This document shows positions 60,620 through 64,000 of a DNA stretch of 64,000 bases, piece after piece; position 1 is the first letter of the stretch, and each line of letters starts with the position of its first letter. Below the pieces are notes generated by a model. The model was not told where the DNA came from and searched no databases. It was given only the letters and a program-made list of their open reading frames with translations. Origin of the DNA: Microthyrium microscopicum (taxonomy: Eukaryota); the NCBI GenBank assembly GCA_010405405.1, contig MU004235.1, positions 1,068,538 through 1,132,537 of the forward strand, written 5' to 3'. The position numbers and the translations under genes were made by a program.

Positions 60620-61190
60620 AGGCGAAGTAAAAGGACTAGTAGGAGGGGACAGCGATAGAAAAAGGGCAGGTTCATGGAAAGAGAACAATAGGAATAGCTC
60701 GTAGGAGAGATGTTATTTGAGAAGAGTGAGCATTGCGATGCGACGATGTTGATCTAATGGTTTCATCAAGCTTCCAATTTGCTGATGCTTGCACTTAAGT
60801 GTCTGCTTGATCGCCACTGCCTGGTTAACAACGATATTGCCAATTCCAAAGCTAAGCGGTGTACTCAATCTGGGAGGCGACTGCTTTGGTTCAATGGTTT
60901 CAGAACCCCATCAACTATTGTTGTTCCAAACCCGTTGCCCTCAGCATGCCATTATGAATCAACAGTGTTGCTGATTAGAATTGCGCTTTTGACATTGCTC
61001 TAGAGACATGCACTAGCCGAAGGCACATTGTTTTCATGTCCATATTTCCAAACAATTAGTACGTCATGGAAATATCGATTTGAAGGAGGGAAGGAAATGA
61101 ATAAGGGCTATCATTATTAGGTATTCGTTCGACGAGTGATTTGAACCCCATATCAACTCGTCCACGTTTCTGTTCGTTGACACATACTAC

Positions 61191-62710
61191 CTACTTGAGA
61201 AAGGTAGTGAGCTCGAAGTGTTTAAGACCATTTATCGCTTCGTCAGTCTTGTCGCTTCTGGTCGGACTTGTTACGTCCTCGATTATCCTCGTCAAGTACG
61301 TTGGCTCCTCAGAAACCTCGAAGAGATCACTGAATCCATCTTCTAATTGTCTCTCCGGCCACCGCAGAAACTCCGTCCAGTGATCCGGTAATGCGGCCCG
61401 TACCGACTTGAGGGCTCTACGGGAATATCCCACAAGATACCAGTAAGTGTCTTCTACAATGCCGGAGAGCATGGCGAAATGGGCAAAGATAATGAGGGCT
61501 AGAGGATTTGACCCCCTTAGTAACGATAAGTACTCCTCAGAGGTAAAAGCCGCCCATTTCCAGATGATGTTCATCAACGTCGTAGGCGAGCACGAATCCC
61601 TCAAGGTGTGTACTTCGGCGAAGGTGGTTTCCAGCCTGTCTAGAGTAGTGAATAGGCACTGCCGAATGTCAACATCGGCGCATGATTTGCCCATCCAGTT
61701 TCTGAGCCGATTGAACTGATTTCGGGTAGCCTCATTAAGCTTTGTTGGCATTCCAGTCACCATACCTGCTCCTCGGAGTGCAACTAGCGGCCCATCCAAA
61801 TACCATCGATGACCAAAGCAAAGCAGTTTGAACACGCCTCGATTGTGCATGACCGGCTCCAGTATGTCTGCAATGGGCGCAATTTCGTCTCCATGACTGG
61901 TTGACCTTGAGTGCGACATTGATGAGAGTGATAATATTATTACTAGTCCGAAGACGGCGTGGAAGTTCTTTGATGTTATGTTTGATACTATATCTATAAG
62001 TAACAAGCCAACGTGCTATGTTTGTCACTGAGTACTCACAAGTTAAGCGAAGTTGATTTAGTGCTGTGTTTTGATATTTGAGAGCATGTTGAACCCACAC
62101 CCTTTCAGTTGGTCTTTGATATGCCATGTGAAATGCTGATAGACTGAGAATGCCATTCATGAGATATGGATGCTCCATAGCCAGACCAGGAAGTCCTTCT
62201 TCTGTAGCATCTCGTCAGCAAGTATGTCACAAATCAACAGCTGCTGTGGGCTTATCTTACTCCATAGTATGATCATGCCAGATCCCATTGCTGAAAACTC
62301 TTTGACGGTGTTTGTAGTGAAATGTGACATTAAAAACACATCGCGACTCCATTGCTAGACAATCTTAGCCACTTGCAGTCCTACAGCACACTCGAACATA
62401 CCGATGATAATGCAGGCCTGTCTATGCCATTACACGTGAGGCACTCAACTACGCGATACTCGTTTCTTCTTTCGCATTTCTCATTTCTGTTTACACAATT
62501 CGTGCATGGATATAGTTCGTCACACTTGGGTACAAAGTCAGAAGTGGCGATCTATAATATATCGTGAACACTAATTACCTTGACTCTGCGTGCTTTGCAG
62601 TGCACACAGCCATTTCGAGACTTTTTGTGCTTCCGTATCCTCGGGTTTGCCGAAGTTCTCCTGGTTGCGATACTGTTCGGTGAGCTATCAGATCGCGGCG
62701 AGCGTGACAT
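61191..62710 (-). CDS. Zn(II)2Cys6 transcription factor, Upc2/Ecm22-like C-terminal domain
   Basis: RKHKKSRNGCVHCKARRVK|CDELYPCTNCVNRNEKC; LMSHFTTNT, HPYLMNGILSLSAFHMAY, and PLALIIFAHFAML. Several introns. Confidence 0.85.
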
Positions 62711-63447
62711 GTTCCAAAAATGGCTTCTGCTTGGGTTCCAGGAGAGTAGTGAAGTTAAGGTAAAATGCTTGAATGACGCCAAAGTTTCCAAGATCGGTCC
62801 GAGCAGTGCCTGCGATCTCTGTAACATGGGCCAAAAGCACCGCTTCAATACCAACCGCCGTATATAGATTAAGTCCAAAGCGTTGACCCTGGGATTTCTT
62901 AGGCTGGTGTAGTAAGTTCTTGTCCTACCTACCTATAAGGTCAGGTACCTTGAGCGCTTGGAATGAAAATGTGCCAGCGTGATTGGAACGTTTGAGTATC
63001 AACTCCCAATAAGTCAATGACCTGGGCGTCGACCCTCGAGCAAACCCTGATTCCGCTTCCCAATCTCAACATGAAACTCTCTACATGACCTGTCTGCGTG
63101 TTCTTCGGGTTCGGTCCGGTACTGCCCTGAGTTGCTACAATAACCAATTGGAGTAAAGTTGCCCAAAGTTCTTTATGGTTATGTGTAGATTCTTTCCGGG
63201 TTCCAAGCTCCTTTGAACCCACGCGCCCTCTGGCGCTAGCTATGTCTCCATGGCCTCTTTAATGACATCTTAATTAAGCTTGCCCCCGGACTTCCCAACT
63301 ACCTGTTTAGTATGTACCAGTTCGAGCAAACTATGCGGTATGCGGCGGCAGTATTTACGGCATCGTGTTTTTAGGTTTAGATAAAATGGCCGCCAACGCA
63401 GCAGAGCCTCCGGGTAGCCAACCTTTCAGGAACTGGAATTTCTCAAA

Positions 63448-64000
63448 ATGGGAAGTATGACAATTTGGTCGCTAGCAACTTTGCTAGTTGCTTCTCTTCC
63501 AGCTCTAGTCCAGGGTCAAAAGGCAAACAGTCTTCCCACCGTGAAGCTGCCTTATGGCACATATCAGGCCAAGTCCTATGATGCGACTAACGATGTGGGT
63601 CCTCCATGACCTTCACCAGTATAAGTTTTGACCAATGATTTCAGATCTACCTCTTCCAGAATATTCGTTTCGCCGCTCCCCCGGTGCGGTTCTCCAAGCC
63701 TCAACCCCCCGCCAACAACGATACTCTCCAAACTGGAGACTATGGCCCAGGCTGCCCTCAGATGATACCAGGGGGAATTGGCGGTGGTCTCGATCTTGGT
63801 AGTCTCATCAATGGTCTCTCTGGATCCGCTGAAGACTGTTTGTTTGTCGACGTCTTTGTTCCTGGCAAGGCGTTGAAGAGTGGCGCAAAACTTCCTGTCG
63901 TCAACTGGATATACGGAGGCGCCTATGTCTTGGGAGAGAAGAGTGGCATGTATGGGGGTACTCCCATTGTCAAAGCCGCGAACGGCAATCTGATTTATGT
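63448..64000 (+). CDS. Secreted type-B carboxylesterase/lipase (5' part; runs off the window)
   Basis: Signal-peptide-like N-terminus; LPTVKLPYGTYQA, IYLFQNIRFAAPP, EDCLFVDVFVP and LPVVNWIYGGAY. Intron at 63595-63644. Confidence 0.88.

Overview
This is a gene-dense window from a filamentous ascomycete (Pezizomycotina; Dothideomycete-like is an inference). Most introns are short GT-AG introns with CTRAC branch sites. It holds about 22 protein-coding loci: SEC8, an FCY2-type permease, HOS2 and YNG2 head-to-head, a Pro/Gln-rich protein, RMT2, a gamma-glutamylcyclotransferase, a divergent NEDD8-like protein, PEX2, KAP120/importin-11, two tandem coiled-coil genes, an ankyrin-BTB protein, an F-box protein, a Pcl/Pas1-type cyclin, a C2H2 zinc finger, nimA, CWC2, a hybrid histidine kinase, a Zn2Cys6 factor and a partial carboxylesterase. 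There are also two gene relics and a complete, RIP-destroyed pogo/Fot1 transposon with 75-bp TIRs. The standout is a tRNA-Gly(CCC) gene at 53813-54001 (minus strand). It assembles into a 71-nt cloverleaf only after removal of two spliceosomal-type introns (GT donor, CTRAC branch, YAG acceptor) plus one canonical anticodon-loop intron. Also notable: the otherwise intact histidine kinase has two in-frame TAG codons at probable Trp positions (A-to-I restorative editing versus sparse RIP), and the 76-aa NEDD8-like protein is built with a 3-nt microexon and lacks the C-terminal di-glycine. All product calls are by eye from motif recognition; no searches were run.
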